Assembly (NCBI RefSeq): GCF_030144855.1
Contig: NC_082730.1
Coordinates: forward strand, 13,454,001 to 13,518,000
DNA from: Hypanus sabinus
Taxonomy: Eukaryota
Direction of reading: 5' to 3'
Length of the DNA: 64,000 nt
A program made the translations under genes and the position numbers. Each line of letters begins with the position of its first letter. The stretch's first letter is position 1. The notes beneath the pieces are model-generated. The model ran no database searches. It had not been told where the DNA came from and was given only the letters and a program-made list of their open reading frames with translations. Below are positions 1 through 12,268 of the stretch, one piece after another.

Positions 1-1149
1 TACAGGCTGGTGGGGCCCAAAGGGAGACGACTGTGAGCTGTTTGCTGTAGGATTTGTGAATGAAGTGGCACAAAGCTATTTGGGGAGTGGGAGCTGTCTC
101 GTACCATGTTAGAACATTATGGTGAAATTAGATCGGAGATAAACGGAGGTTTGGTGTCAGGGTATGCATGTGATGAGATTTGTATGTCTCCAAATGGTGA
201 TCATTCTCTCTAGCTCTGACAAGCTAAACATGAGTGTGCAGTGCCATTTCATCAGAAGAATAATTTTTATGGATTGAGTTTGAGAATGTGGCTCAAGGAC
301 TGAAGACCCAGAGGTGACCTGGCCTGATTGTCTATGTGTGTGGGGTGGGGTGGTGAGTTAGTGTATGGAAGGGATGGGAAAGGAACAAATATTGCTGTTA
401 TTGTTTTGTTGTTGTTTTTCCGGTTCTTGCTTATATTGTTCTGAGGAGCAATGTGGAATGTTATTTTGTTAATAGAATGTGTGGTGACACTTACGAATGT
501 CCTTGGCTGTGCTGATTTCTAATGGAAAAGATGCATTTCACTGTATGTTTCAATGTACTTGTGAATCTGAATTCAAAAACAATTATTAGCCTTAATTTCA
601 ATATTCTTCTTCTAATATGCATCTACATACATTTTGTTCAGTTATATAACCATTTGTTTGTCCCCACTGATGTTTCACTCCAAGGATAATGGTTAGTAGA
701 TACAATCTCAAGAGTTGCATGCCAATATCTTTATTTTGTTTGAAGTTCAAAGAGATTCAGCATTCCAAGGAGCTCACTAACAAGCTTCTAAATATGTACT
801 TTTGAAATCATCTTGACATGTTACATCGTGGTCTGGTAATTCAGATGTACAGAAAAATACGTAGTTGAAGAGGGTACTGGACTCTGTCTATTGCATGATG
901 GGAACATCCTTCCCCACCACTGGGCTTATCAACAGGAGGCAGAGCCTTGTGAAGCATCAACCATCATGCAAGATCCATCATTTGGACGGTGCATTTGTCA
1001 CCACTACCATCAGACAGGAGGTACAGAAGCCTGAAGTTTGACATCACCAAATTCAAGAACAGCTACTTCCATTCAACTATTTGGTTCCTGAAGGAACTGC
1101 AGAACCCTAATCCTTATCTCAGTATTTTTTTTATTTAAAGATACAATGG

Positions 1150-1385
1150 AACAGCAACCCACCTCTTTAACCCCAGGCTTATCAAAGGGCAACTTACAAT
1201 GACTAATTAACCTGTAAACTGGTATGTCTTTGGACTGTGGGAGGAAATCACAGCAGCTCAGGAAACCCACATACACATGTGAAGAACCTACAAATTTCCT
1301 TAATGAGGATACTGGAATTGAATTCTGAACTCTGCCACCCCGAGCTGTACAGCATCACGCTAACTACTACAATAACGTGGCACCC
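1150..1385 (-). mobile_element. tRNA-derived V-SINE/HE1-like SINE, degenerate
   Basis: Contains ctttggactgtgggaggaaa...ggaaacccac...gaattgaa, the reverse complement of the V-SINE core and tRNA head. Similar copies at about 6400-6545, 15360-15520, 29520-29715, 35940-36165 and 55620-55790. Confidence 0.65.
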
Positions 1386-2059
1386 TGTGATCAGAATCAG
1401 AATCAAGTTTAACAGCACTGGAATTTATCATAAAATTTGATGTTTTTGCCGCAGCAGTACATTGCAATACATAATAATAAAACACGGGATTACAGTAAGT
1501 AAATATATGTAAAATAGTGAAGCTAACTAAGTAATGTAAAAAAAGTAGTAAGGTATGTTTATGGGTTCAATTTTGATTCAGAAATCAGATGGCAGAGGGG
1601 AAGGATTGTTCCTGTATTGGTGAGTGTGTGCCTTCAGGATCCTGTACCTCCTGCAGAAGAGGCCATTTGCTGGGTGATGGGGGCATTAATGATGCGTGCT
1701 GTCTTTTTGAGGCATTGCAGTATGACAACTATATGATCACTTTGACGTCTTTGCAATACAATCAATCTTTTGTCTAATTGTGTAATTTCTTTTATAATTT
1801 TATATAATTCATGTTTTTCTTGTCAATGTTGTGCACCTGATACTCTGTGTCCGTGTTGCTACCACATGTCAGTTCTTCATTCAACTTGTGCACGCACATA
1901 TCTATGCAAATGACAATAACTCAACTTTGAGTTAATGTGCATGTTATAATCTCTTCTGTGTGAAGCCATTATCTCAGGGAATTCACAGCAACTCTTCAGC
2001 TTCTGCCTTTCATTGCGTTTAATGTGAACACAGAAGTGATGAGATTGGAAACAAAATAC

Positions 2060-2167
2060 CTTGGAAAAGCTGTCATGCAACTTGTAGAAATGGTGGAAAG
2101 AACCAGAACTCCAAAGAGTATCCAACGGGTCAGAGCCCAAACGTAGTGAATTTTCCGCTCAGTGTTC
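2060..2167 (-). pseudogene. Gene C transmembrane exon (CD300/pIgR-like receptor pseudogene)
   Basis: 108-nt phase 2-2 exon, ccatcag|G...CCAAG|gtattt; translates NTERKIHYVWALTRWILFGVLVLSTISTSCMTAFP; colinear with exons at 30107-30214 and 48597-48704. Confidence 0.85.
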
Positions 2168-3689
2168 CTGATGGACCAAGAAAATATAATTATTGCTCAC
2201 AGAGTAATCAATGAGTGAAACAGTGTAGGGAACACTCAAAAATGTTAGAGTTTATTCACTGTTGCATTGAGAAATGAAGTGAGGCCTGAAAGAGGTATAT
2301 AAAATTCTGAGAGGTTGAGACAGGGTAAATGCTAGCAAGCTATTTTCCACAGAAGTTGGGTGAGATTAGAACTTGAGGTCACGGGTTATGTGTGGACCGT
2401 GAAATGACAACAAAGAAGTTTTCTTTGATTATAACAGGATGTTTATCGATTTGGAGAGTGGGGCAAAGAATAGCAGATAGAATTTAGTTAGGATTAGTGT
2501 GAAGTGTTACATTTTGGGAACGTAAACCAAGGCAGGACTTACACAGTAAATGGCAGGTCCCTGGAGAATGTTGTGAAAAAGAGATTCCTGATGGGAATGG
2601 AACAGTCCGTCAGCAGGGTGGGTGCGATCCTTCATGATATTGCTCACCTTTCCTGACGCTTTGCAAGGATGTACAGTAGATACAGAGAGGTACCAGTAAA
2701 AGGCCAGCAATGTTATGAAGGATCACAGCCATCCTGCATATCTCTTTGTCACACTCCCACCAGGGAAGAGACTATACAATATCCACACCAAGACCACTGG
2801 ACTCAAAACCAGTTACTTCTCCCAAGACAATAGACTGATCAATATCTTCATGTTCCTTCCCAATCCCACCAATCCTCATTCCCTCCCCCTTTTCCCTCTG
2901 CCCATCACTCAATCACACTCTTTTTCACCTGGGTTTCTTTTCCCTTGGCCTTACCCTTTCTATTCCTTTCCTCCCTTTCTTGTTCTCTCTGGCTATCATA
3001 CTTTCATCAAGTTCCACTTATCACCCTCCAGCCTCTGAATTCATCTTCACCTCCCAACGCCCCCGCCACTTGACTCCACCTGACTTTTTTTTTGGTCTTT
3101 ATCCCTTCTTTCCGATTACCCAGCAGCCTCTTGTGTCTGAACTCTCCTCTCCCCCACCCTTCCCTGCCCATTAACCCCACATCACCTGGTTCCACCTATT
3201 ACCTACCAGCCCCTTTTATCCCTCTCACCTATTTATACTGATGGTCTGCTCTTTACCCTCTTACCCCTGATGCAGGGATTTGTCTACTTGACATATTGAG
3301 TTCCTCCAGAGGTTTGATATCTTTTCATTCAGATTCCAGCATCTGCAGTCTTTTGTGCTCCCCTCTCACTATTTATGTTGATCACCCCCACAAAAAATCT
3401 TACATATTTTAATAAGATCACCTTGCATCCTTCTGAAACTAGACAGGCACACTCATTAGAGTATGCATCAAAATCTAGTGTTGCAAATGCTGAACTTTTA
3501 ACTTTGTTGGGCAATCCCACCAGGAACATCCTAGAGATCCTTCTCTGAACTGCCTTCATGAAATCATTTCTGAAATAGGAAGACCGAAATTATTTACGAT
3601 ACTCTAGATGAGGTCTCACTAGCAACCAGCAGACATCCCAGCCATGATACTCCAACCCTGGTGAAGTAAGAGCCAACAGTCCATTGGCC

Positions 3690-3845
3690 TTGGTCCACAC
3701 GTCCCTCCCCACTGATCTCCCACCTGGTACTTATCCCACAAGCGTAAGTGCTACACCTGTCCCTACAGCTCCTCTCTTACCACCATTCAGGGCCCCAAAC
3801 AGTCCATCCAGGTGATGGAACACTTCACTTGTGAGTCTGATGCAG
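3690..3845 (+). mobile_element. Penelope-like element fragment
   Basis: cttaccaccattcagggccccaaacagtcc...acttcacttgtgagtc matches 34265-34345, just upstream of the GIY-YIG ORF. Confidence 0.7.
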
Positions 3846-4119
3846 TCCATTAGCCTTCCCTGCCTGATTCAGTCCATTAGCCTTCCCTACCTGATTCACT
3901 ATGTGCTGGCTTTCTGTGCACAAGGATACCCAAACCTTTTAACACTGCAACTTTCTGCAGTTGCTTCTCCAGTCAAATAATTTTAATGTTCTTTTGCTCA
4001 TTCTTCCAAAGTAAACAACTTCACAGCTTTGTCCACTTGTTTAATCTTTCAGAATCTCTACGAATTATTACCCACCTCACAACTTGCTTTCCTGCCTATC
4101 TTTCCATTGAATCATAGTG

Positions 4120-4650
4120 TAGTAGAAAAGCACAGACAGAAACAGGTCCTTCTGCCCATCCAGTCCATGCCAAACCATTTAAACTGACTAGTCCCATTGG
4201 CCAGCATCTGGGTCATAGCCCTCCATACCTCTCCCATGCACGTAGCTATCTAAACTTCTCTTAAACATTGAAATTGAACTTGCGCGCATCTCATGCACTA
4301 GTAGTTCATTCCACACTTGCACAACAGTCTGAGTGAAGATGTTTCCTCTCATGTTCCCCGTATACTTTTCACATTTCACCCTTAACCCATAACATCTAGT
4401 TGCAGTTGCACCCAACTTCAATGGAAAATACCTGCTTGCATTTATCCTATCTCTATCCCACATAATTTTGTATATTTCTATTAATTCTCTTCTCAATCTT
4501 CTACGTTCCAAGAAATAAACTCCTATCCTATTCAATCTTTCCACATAACTCAGGTCCTCCAGTCCTGGCAACATCCTTGAATTATTTTCCTGTACTCTTT
4601 CAACCTTATTGACACCTTTTCTGTAGGGAGGTGACCAAAACATTGCCTGT
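4120..4650 (-). mobile_element. CR1 LINE 3' fragment (RT C-terminus)
   Basis: ORF 4188-4643 FWSPPYRK..ERVQ..RRLRRELIEIYKIM..NIFTQTVVQVWNEL is typical CR1 ORF2 C-terminus. Confidence 0.85.
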
Positions 4651-4679
4651 AGGGGTAGATACTGTACTGTATATTGGAA

Positions 4680-5935
4680 CTGAATTGAATTTATTTCTTA
4701 CATCCTTCATATACATGAGGAGTAAAAACCTTAACGTTACATCTGTCTAAATGTTCAATGTGAAATTTATAGTAATTTGTAATAAATAGTATGTATAACA
4801 TTACAGTCAATATAGCATAGAAATACAATTGTATTAGCATGAATTAGTCAGTCTGATGGCCTGGTGGAAGAAACTGTGACAGAGCCTGTTGGTCCTGGCT
4901 TTAATGCTGCGGTACTGTTTTCCCGATGGTAGGAGCTGGAACAGTTTGTGGTTGGCGTACTCGATGATCCTTTGGGCCCTTTTTACGCACCCGTCTTTGT
5001 AAAGGTCCTGAATAGTGCGAAGTTTAGATCTGCAGATGACCTGGGCTGTCTGTCCTACTCTCTGCAGAGTCCTGTGATTAATGCAGGCACAGTTCCCATA
5101 CCAGGCAGTGGTGCAGCCAGTCAGGATGCTCTCAGCTGTGCCCCTGTAGAAAGTTCTTAGGATTTGGGGACTCATGTGAAACTTCTTTAACTATCTGAGG
5201 TGAATGAGGTGCTGTTGTGCTTTTTTCACTACACAGCCAGTATGTACAGACCAAGCGAGATCCACAGGGATGTGTATACCGAGGAACTTAAAGCTGTTCA
5301 CCCTCTCAACCCCAAATCCATCAATGTCAATAGGGGTTAGCCTATCTCCATTCCACCTGTAGTCCACGAACAGCTCCGTCGTTATTGTAACATTGAGGGA
5401 GAGGTTGTTCTCTTGACACCACTGTGTCAGAGTGATGACTTCTTCTCCGTAGGCTGCCTCATTATTATTTGAGGTAAGGCCAATCAATGTAGTATCATCA
5501 GCAAATTTAATTAGCATATTGGAGCTGTGAGTGGTGATTCAGTTATGAGTATACAGAGAGTAAAGGAGGCGGCTTAGGATACAGCCCTGAAGGGCTCCTG
5601 TGTTGTGGGTCTGAGGGGCAGAGGTGACAGGAAGTCCAGGATCCAGCTGCACAGGGCAGGGTTAAGGCCGAGGTTTCTGAGCTTCTTGTCCAGCCTGGAG
5701 GGAATTATGGTGTTGAATGTTGAACTAGTCCAAGAGCAGCATTCTCACATAAACATCCTTCTTCTCCAGATGTGTAAGATGGTGTGTAGAGCTGCGGCTT
5801 TTGCATCATCCATCGATCGGTTGTGTCGATAGTTGAATTGTAGGTGGTCAGTATGGGTGGTAATGTGCTGCAGGTGTGGTCCTGGACCAGCCTGTTTGTT
5901 TTGTTTATTATTTTTATTATTAAGTTGAGTGTGTC
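4680..5935 (-). mobile_element. Rex1/Babar-like LINE fragment (RT with frameshifts)
   Basis: ORFs 5191-5517 (KFADDTTLIGL..WCQENNLSLNV..FKFLGIHI..KKAQQ) and 4834-5175 (FYRGTAESILTGCTTAWYGNC). Confidence 0.85.
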
Positions 5936-6943
5936 AGGACACTAGTCATTCAGACATGTTACCTGGTCTTTTTTAGGTACAGGAACAATGGTGGATGTTT
6001 TGAAGCAGGTGGGCACACCACAATGGGAGAAGGTGAGATTAAACACACCTGCCTATTGTGCTGTGCACACCCTAAATACCCACCCTGGGATGCTGTCAAA
6101 TCTTGCAGCCCTGTGGCTCTCTGCTTGTTTTCTTCCTCCAAGTTTTTGCTAGAAATTGCAAACGTCAGCCCTCTGGCACTGCACTGTAATTTGAAGATGA
6201 CCCCATTGTCCCTATTCACTGCTTCTTACCTATTGATCATTTCTCTCTCCATGCCAATACAAACATTAAATATCTTTATAAAGATTAGCTTTATTTGTTA
6301 CATGAAGATTAAAATATAGTGAAATACGTTGTTTGCATCAGCAACCAACACAACCCAAAGATGTGATGGGGGTGGCCTGCAGGTGTTAACGTGTTTCCAG
6401 GGCCCACAACTCACCATCCTTAACACACGTGTATTTTGAAAGTGGGATGATACTGGAACCATCACAGGGAGAATGTACTAACGCCTTACAGACAACGGTG
6501 GGAATCGAACCCGCGTTTCTGGAATTGTAATAGCGTTAAGCTATCTGCGACACAACCCACTAATTCAGCACCCACCTCCTTTAGTATCCTAGGATGCAAA
6601 TCATCTGGACCAGGGAAATTATCAGTTTTTGCCACCTCTTCTCATCACCTGCCTATCAGCCCCTGGATCTCCTCTCCTTCAGTTTTTCCCATGATCCTCA
6701 TGATGCACTCTCCTCTCCGGTCAGTCTCCTTGTTTTCCAGCCCGTTCTCATTTCTACTTATCCTACTTCACCCCACCTGCCCCCCCAACCACTCAACTGG
6801 CTTAACCTATCATGCTCTAGCTTGCTGTCCTTTCATACACTCCTCCCCCTTTAGGTTAACTTATAGTTTGAGTAAATGGTATAGAAGATAAATGTTATGT
6901 TAGTATTCATATTTAGAGGACAAGAATATAAAAGCAACGATGT

Positions 6944-8460
6944 ACAGACCATAAATCATTGGTCTCCTTTCTGTCCAAACCACTGAGCGACTGTCCCATG
7001 AGGATACAGCACGTGTTGAGAAGGCTGCAGAAATATGATGTGAAGATGATCTACACTGTGGGAAAATCAAGTTTGCTGCTGATGCGCTGTCTTGTGCAAT
7101 TTATGAGAAAGAGCAGATTGGTGAAGAGGTTAATGCAGATATACAGGTCTTTGTTGACATGATTGTCACCTCCCTTCCAATATCTCTGAAAAGAACAGAG
7201 CAGGTTAGGAAAGCAGCAGTGTCAGATGAAACAATGAGAGAACTCAAAGATACGATATGGAAAGCATTGACAGCAGCTAAGAATGACTGTCCAATGGGTA
7301 TTCAGGATTCTCGGGCATCCAGAGCTGAACTGTTAGTAGAGAAAGGTATGGTCTTCAAATGGAGCAATTTTGTGATTCCAGCGTTGCTATGCAAGGAAAT
7401 GCTCCAGAGGATGCACAAAGGGATTTGGTGAGGAAATATGTAAAGGTCGAGCTTGTGAAGTGATGGACTGGCCAAGAATGAACTGAGACATTAACCAAAC
7501 CATTGCTTCATGTGAATTAGGCCTTACCGACAGATAAGAAATTAGCAAGCAGAACTGCTTCCACCAACACCTTGTACCAGACAGATAGTACTTCAATGTT
7601 GGAGTGGATTTGTTTGATTGTAAAGGGAAGAATCACATTGTTGTAACAAACTACTTTTCCAATTACCGAAATATTGCAACACTGCAATCAACATCCAGCA
7701 AAGCAGTCATCACCTTCCTGAAAGCAGTGTTTGCAAGTCAGGGAGTTCCACGTGATGTAGTGTCAGACAAGGGACCACAATTGGAGCAGTGAATTTCTGT
7801 CCTTTGCCAATGAATGAGGGTTTTGACATATAACATCAGTTAAAATCTAGCAGAGAGTTTAGTCAAGGTAGTGAAGGGCCTCATGAGGAAAGTGCAAGAT
7901 GGATGAGAGGATTTCCACAAAAGTCTAGTGATTTACAGTGTGCCACTGCAGAATGGCCTTTCACCAGCCCGAGAGCTGATGGGTCGACAGACACACACTA
8001 AACTTCCAGTGCATGAAATCCTGTTGACACCTAAATGAGCACACAAGGCCACACTGGCTAAAGTAAAAAGTATAGAAAAACAGAAACAGTATCATGACAA
8101 AACTGCGAAAAGACTACCAGTCCCAAAGCCTGGAGGCCATGTGAATTCGAGATCACGATTTTATCACATAGTCCATGCAAAGAGGATGTAGATCCACATT
8201 CCTATCACATCTAGATGGAGCAAAACATCCCCGATGAGGAATCATGAATATGTACAGCCACAAGTTTAAACCCATAGTTGGGTCTCACCTGTCACCTGTC
8301 ACCTGTCAGTACACCATAGCGGTCAGCATATGTAAAAAATGAACTTGTTGAGCAGAGTTCTCAGAAAGACACAAGTATTGACATAACAAATACAAACCAT
8401 ACTCCTGTGGAAGTGAATAGCAGACCAAAAAGGACCATTAAACAATCTCAAGAGACTGAA
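6944..8460 (+). mobile_element. Degenerate Ty3/Gypsy LTR retrotransposon pol relic (RNase H end and integrase)
   Basis: Broken ORFs 6959-7792: SKPLSDCPMRIQ..LQKYD; DLFDCKGKNHIVVTNYFS..VVSDKGPQ (integrase core). Many stops and frameshifts; no LTR pair found. Confidence 0.8.
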
Positions 8461-8687
8461 TGTAAGTTGAGAATAGATAAAGATTGTAGCTGCTCATTAC
8501 AATTGAAGTTGAAATGTTCAACAGTTGAGAATTTGAGTAAAAAAGGGAAAAGTGACTGGCTACAGAATGTAGATATCTTTGTTGAAATGAATCATTCTTC
8601 CTTGCAGGTTTATGAGCACATAGACTAATATTGGTTTTTCTTTCAAGAAGGAAGATGTGTTATTATGTGTGCATATTATGATTGGAG

Positions 8688-9213
8688 TTGATGATATTAG
8701 AGAGAAACTTGCCAATCTTGATTGAAGTAGCTTGCTTGCAGCAAGGGGGCGATTGATAAGTGGGAATTTTGTAAAAGTGAGATTATCCATATTCCCTTTG
8801 GAGTATTGTCAAGGCTGGCAGGAATAAAGATTTCTTAATCATTATAGACCTGGTCAGAAAAAAAAGAAGGATACATAGATCAACTGGGATCTGGCAGTAA
8901 AGGAGATGCAGGAGAATGCTTAAGAAGGAAATCGAGAGTGCAAAGAGGTGGCATGAGATAGCTTTAGCTCAGACACACTTACTCACAGAGCCAGCTGATC
9001 TCCGTTGGGAGAGCTTCTGAATATATAGAATGGAGAGCTGGTGGTCCCTGGTGATTACTGTACATTCACTGAAACCCCTGCCCATATGTCTGATAGCCTA
9101 GGGTGCAGGGAGAGGGCGGAAGTGTTCAAAATGCAAAGAAAATTTATTATCAAAGTCCATTTAGTGGGCTTATTCAATAAATTCATAATAGAATAATAAC
9201 CATAACAGAATCA
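8688..9213 (+). repeat. Copy 1 of ~520-bp local duplication (copy 2 at 11056-11578)
   Basis: Both begin ttgatgatattagagagaaacttgcc and end ataatagaataataaccat..gaatca; composite of CR1-like, unique and Rex1-tail sequence. Confidence 0.9.
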
Positions 9214-9249
9214 GCCTTCTTATTTAGCCTTTTTTTCAGATTACCAGAA

Positions 9250-9421
9250 ATCCCATTTTGTGGCTTCTCCGTTGAAACCAGATCCTTACAACCAACGTCC
9301 GGATCATGTCTACATCATTTCTTCATGTAGTCCTTGTATTTCTGATCATACTGACATTCCATAGTGACTGATTCTCCCACTACTCCTCTGACCATCTCAG
9401 GTCCAGTTAATGCAGTTGAGC
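9250..9421 (-). pseudogene. Gene C V-set Ig exon, 5' half only, with premature stop
   Basis: Acceptor ttcacag|GC; translates GSTALTGPEMVRGVVGESVTMECQYDQKYKDYMKK*CRHDPDVGCKDLVSTEKPQNG. The conserved Trp codon is TGA (9315-9317) and homology ends near 9250. Confidence 0.9.
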
Positions 9422-9699
9422 CTGTGAACAGATTAATAATGAAAGGTCATTCAGACATCATCAGTACAAAGTGCAGTTAGTAATATAATCTCATCATTTC
9501 AGTTGTTCAGAAAATTCCATGATTTTGCAGAGATCATGTTCCACTTTAATATTTTATCCCTGATGTTGATCCTTATTTCACTGATATTGTTCCTGAAGTT
9601 ACAGTGAAAGTGGAATTGCTCAGTTAGGCATTTCCAACTTGTGGGTGTGCTGTTTCTTCTGTTGCTCTGTTGGTTCAATCTGTGCAGATTGGAAGTAAC

Positions 9700-10225
9700 A
9701 TCTCCTCCTTGCTGACAATCAACCCTGGCTCTCCTCAGGGGATGTGTGTTTAGCCCATTTCTCTACTCCTGGACAACCATGACTAGGCATAACTCAAATT
9801 CCAGGTAAAATTTTGCTGACGATACAGCCATTGTTGGCAGAATTTCAGATGGTGACGAGTGGGCATACAGGAGTAGTATATACCAGCTAGTTGAGTGGTG
9901 TCACAGCAACAACCTTGTGCTCAGCATATTTAAGACCAAAGAGTTGATTGAGGACTTTTGAAAAGGTAAGATGAGGGAACACATGTTAATCCTCAGAGAA
10001 GATTAGAAGTGGAGAGAGTGATCAACTTCAAGTTCCTGGGTGTCCATATGTATGAGGACCTAACCTGGTTCGAACATTTTGATGCAGCTAAGAAAAGGGC
10101 AAGACAGGGGCTATATTGCACTCACAATTTGAGGAGATTTGGTGTGTTACCTACAATCCACAGACATTTCTATAGATGTACCATGAAAAGCAATCTGATT
10201 GGCTGCATCACCACCTAGTATCAGA
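9700..10225 (+). mobile_element. Rex1-like LINE RT fragment
   Basis: ORF 10009-10218 ERVINFKFLGVH..FYRCTMKSNLIGCIT; upstream ttttgctgacgatacagcc (FADDTA). Confidence 0.8.
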
Positions 10226-11055
10226 AACAACTTCTGCCCATCTGCTCTCTGATTTCTGAATGGACATTGAGCTCATGAACACTACATCACTTCTTCTTTT
10301 TCTATTTTTGCAACTTATGTAATAAATCAAATTGTATCTGTTATATATTTTTACAACTCTGCAGTTTACGTCGATTCTGTTCAGTAGCTCACCAGCCTGC
10401 CCCCATACCAGACGGTGATACAAACAGTCAGTATATATCTACACATAGCACCTACTGTAATTCAGTTTTTTCCTATATTATCATGTATGGAATTTTACAG
10501 CTGGAGCAAAGTTAAATTTCACAAAATAAGTTGGTGATATTAAACCTGATTATGATTCTGATTCCTGTTGAGAACAGGTTGTGATTTCTGGGAAAATGAT
10601 CCCTGCTGTGGTTCAGTGAAAGAGTCACCAGCTTCTCAGGGCAACCAAAGTTAGAGAGTAATTTCTGGCCTTGCCAGTGATGCCCAGATCTCAATGAAAT
10701 TTATTGGGGGATCATCCAGTGTGTCTCTTTGGGTAAAACTCAGAAGGAAGAACTGGGTGAATACTTTATTTCAATTACACCAGAGCCCATCTAATAATAA
10801 ACCTAGATTAGAGGTACAAATTCTTCAAGGTGGTTGCAGAAAGTTGCTTGAATATTAGGTTTGTCATAGTAAATGATTTAACATTCTAAATAAAGAATGA
10901 ATCTGGTTTACTGGTAAGGAAATTGATGGGACTGTATTTACTAAAGGTTTTCAGGAAAGTTCCCTCAAGCAATATATAGAAGGCTCTGCTGCAGAGAAGG
11001 AAAAGCCCAACCTGTTCTTGGGAAATGGGCTGGACGAATTAGAGTATAGCAAATT

Positions 11056-11578
11056 TTGATGATATTAGAGAGAAACTTGCCGAACTTGATTGAGTAGTTT
11101 GTTTGTCGGCAAGGGGGTGACTGACAAGTGGAAATTTTGTAAAAGTGAGATAATCCATATTCCCTTTGGAGTATTGTCAAGGCTGGCAGGAATAAAGAAT
11201 TTTTAAATCATGAGAGACACGATCAGGAAAAAGGGATACATAGATCAACTGGGATCTGGCAGTAAAGGAGATGCAGGTTTATGCTTAAGAAGGAAATCGA
11301 GAGTGCAAGGACGTGGTATGAGATAGCTTTAGCTCAGACACACTTACTCACAGAGCCAGCTGATCTCCGTTGTGAGAGCTTCTGAATATACAGAATGGAG
11401 GGCTGGTGGTCCCTGGTGATTATTGTACATGCACTGAAACCCCTGCCCATATGTCTGATAGCCTAGGGTGCAGGGAGAGAGCAGAAAAAGTTTAAAATGC
11501 AAAGTAAATTTATTATCAAGTCCATTCAGTGGGCTTATTCAATAAATCTATAATAGAATAATAACCATGAAAGAATCA
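11056..11578 (+). repeat. Copy 2 of ~520-bp local duplication
   Basis: About 90% identical by eye to 8688-9213; continues into a Rex1-like 3' fragment (11480-12140, minus). Confidence 0.9.
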
Positions 11579-12194
11579 ATGAAGGACCTCTTGGGTGTTC
11601 AACCTGTGTGCAAATGTTAACAAAATGTGCAAATACAAAAAGAAAGAAATAATAAGCAATAAATATCAAGAAGATGCGATGAAATGTCCTGGAAAGTAAG
11701 TCCATAGGTTGTGGGAGCATTTCAGTGATGGGGAAAGTGAAGTTATCCCCCTGATTCAGAAGCCTGATGGTTGAGGGGTAATAAGCGTTCCTGAACCTGC
11801 TGGTGTATTGGGTCCTGTTGCTCCTGTACCTCCTTCCTGATGGCAGCAGTGAGAAGAGAGCATGTTCTGGGGGGTAAAGATCCTTGATGATGAATGTTGC
11901 TTTCCTGTGACAATATTTCGTGTAGATGTGCCCAGTTGATCCTGTGTAAAGTCCTCACTACCACTGCTCACAATTTGCAGTGGTGGGGAGGGCTTTACTC
12001 ATGATGGACTGTGTCATATCCACTACTTTTTGTAGGATTTTTGTTTAGGGCTACACCAGGCTGTGATGCAGCCAGTGAATATAGTCTTCAATAGACACCC
12101 ATAAGATTGGCAATGTTTTAGATGTCTTGCCAAAACATCGAGGCAAATGCGGAGGTTGAGAGCGCTTGTTCTCCTCAGAGGGGCTGCTGGGTTC

Positions 12195-12268
12195 GAGTTG
12201 CTCCCCTCGGAGGGACACTAGGTCCGAGTCGCTCCCCTCGGAGGGACACTAGGTCCAAGTCACTCTCC
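12195..12268. repeat. 31-bp tandem repeat, about 2.4 copies
   Basis: gagt(t/c)gctcccctcggagggacactaggtcc at 12195-12225 and 12226-12256. Confidence 0.9.

Noticed and set aside
2715-3195. Pro/Phe/Ser-rich ORFs here and at 34621-35008, 38228-38443 and 40753-41090
   Set aside because: Arise from polypyrimidine tails of Penelope-type repeats, which lack stop codons by composition.
6228-6273. AG/GT-bounded 44-nt segment as the gene C stalk exon
   Set aside because: Wrong phase, immediate stop, and no similarity to the other stalk exons.
6490-6545. tRNA-like B-box sequence (gggaatcgaacccgcg) as a tRNA gene
   Set aside because: It is the tRNA-derived head of a V-SINE copy; no complete cloverleaf.
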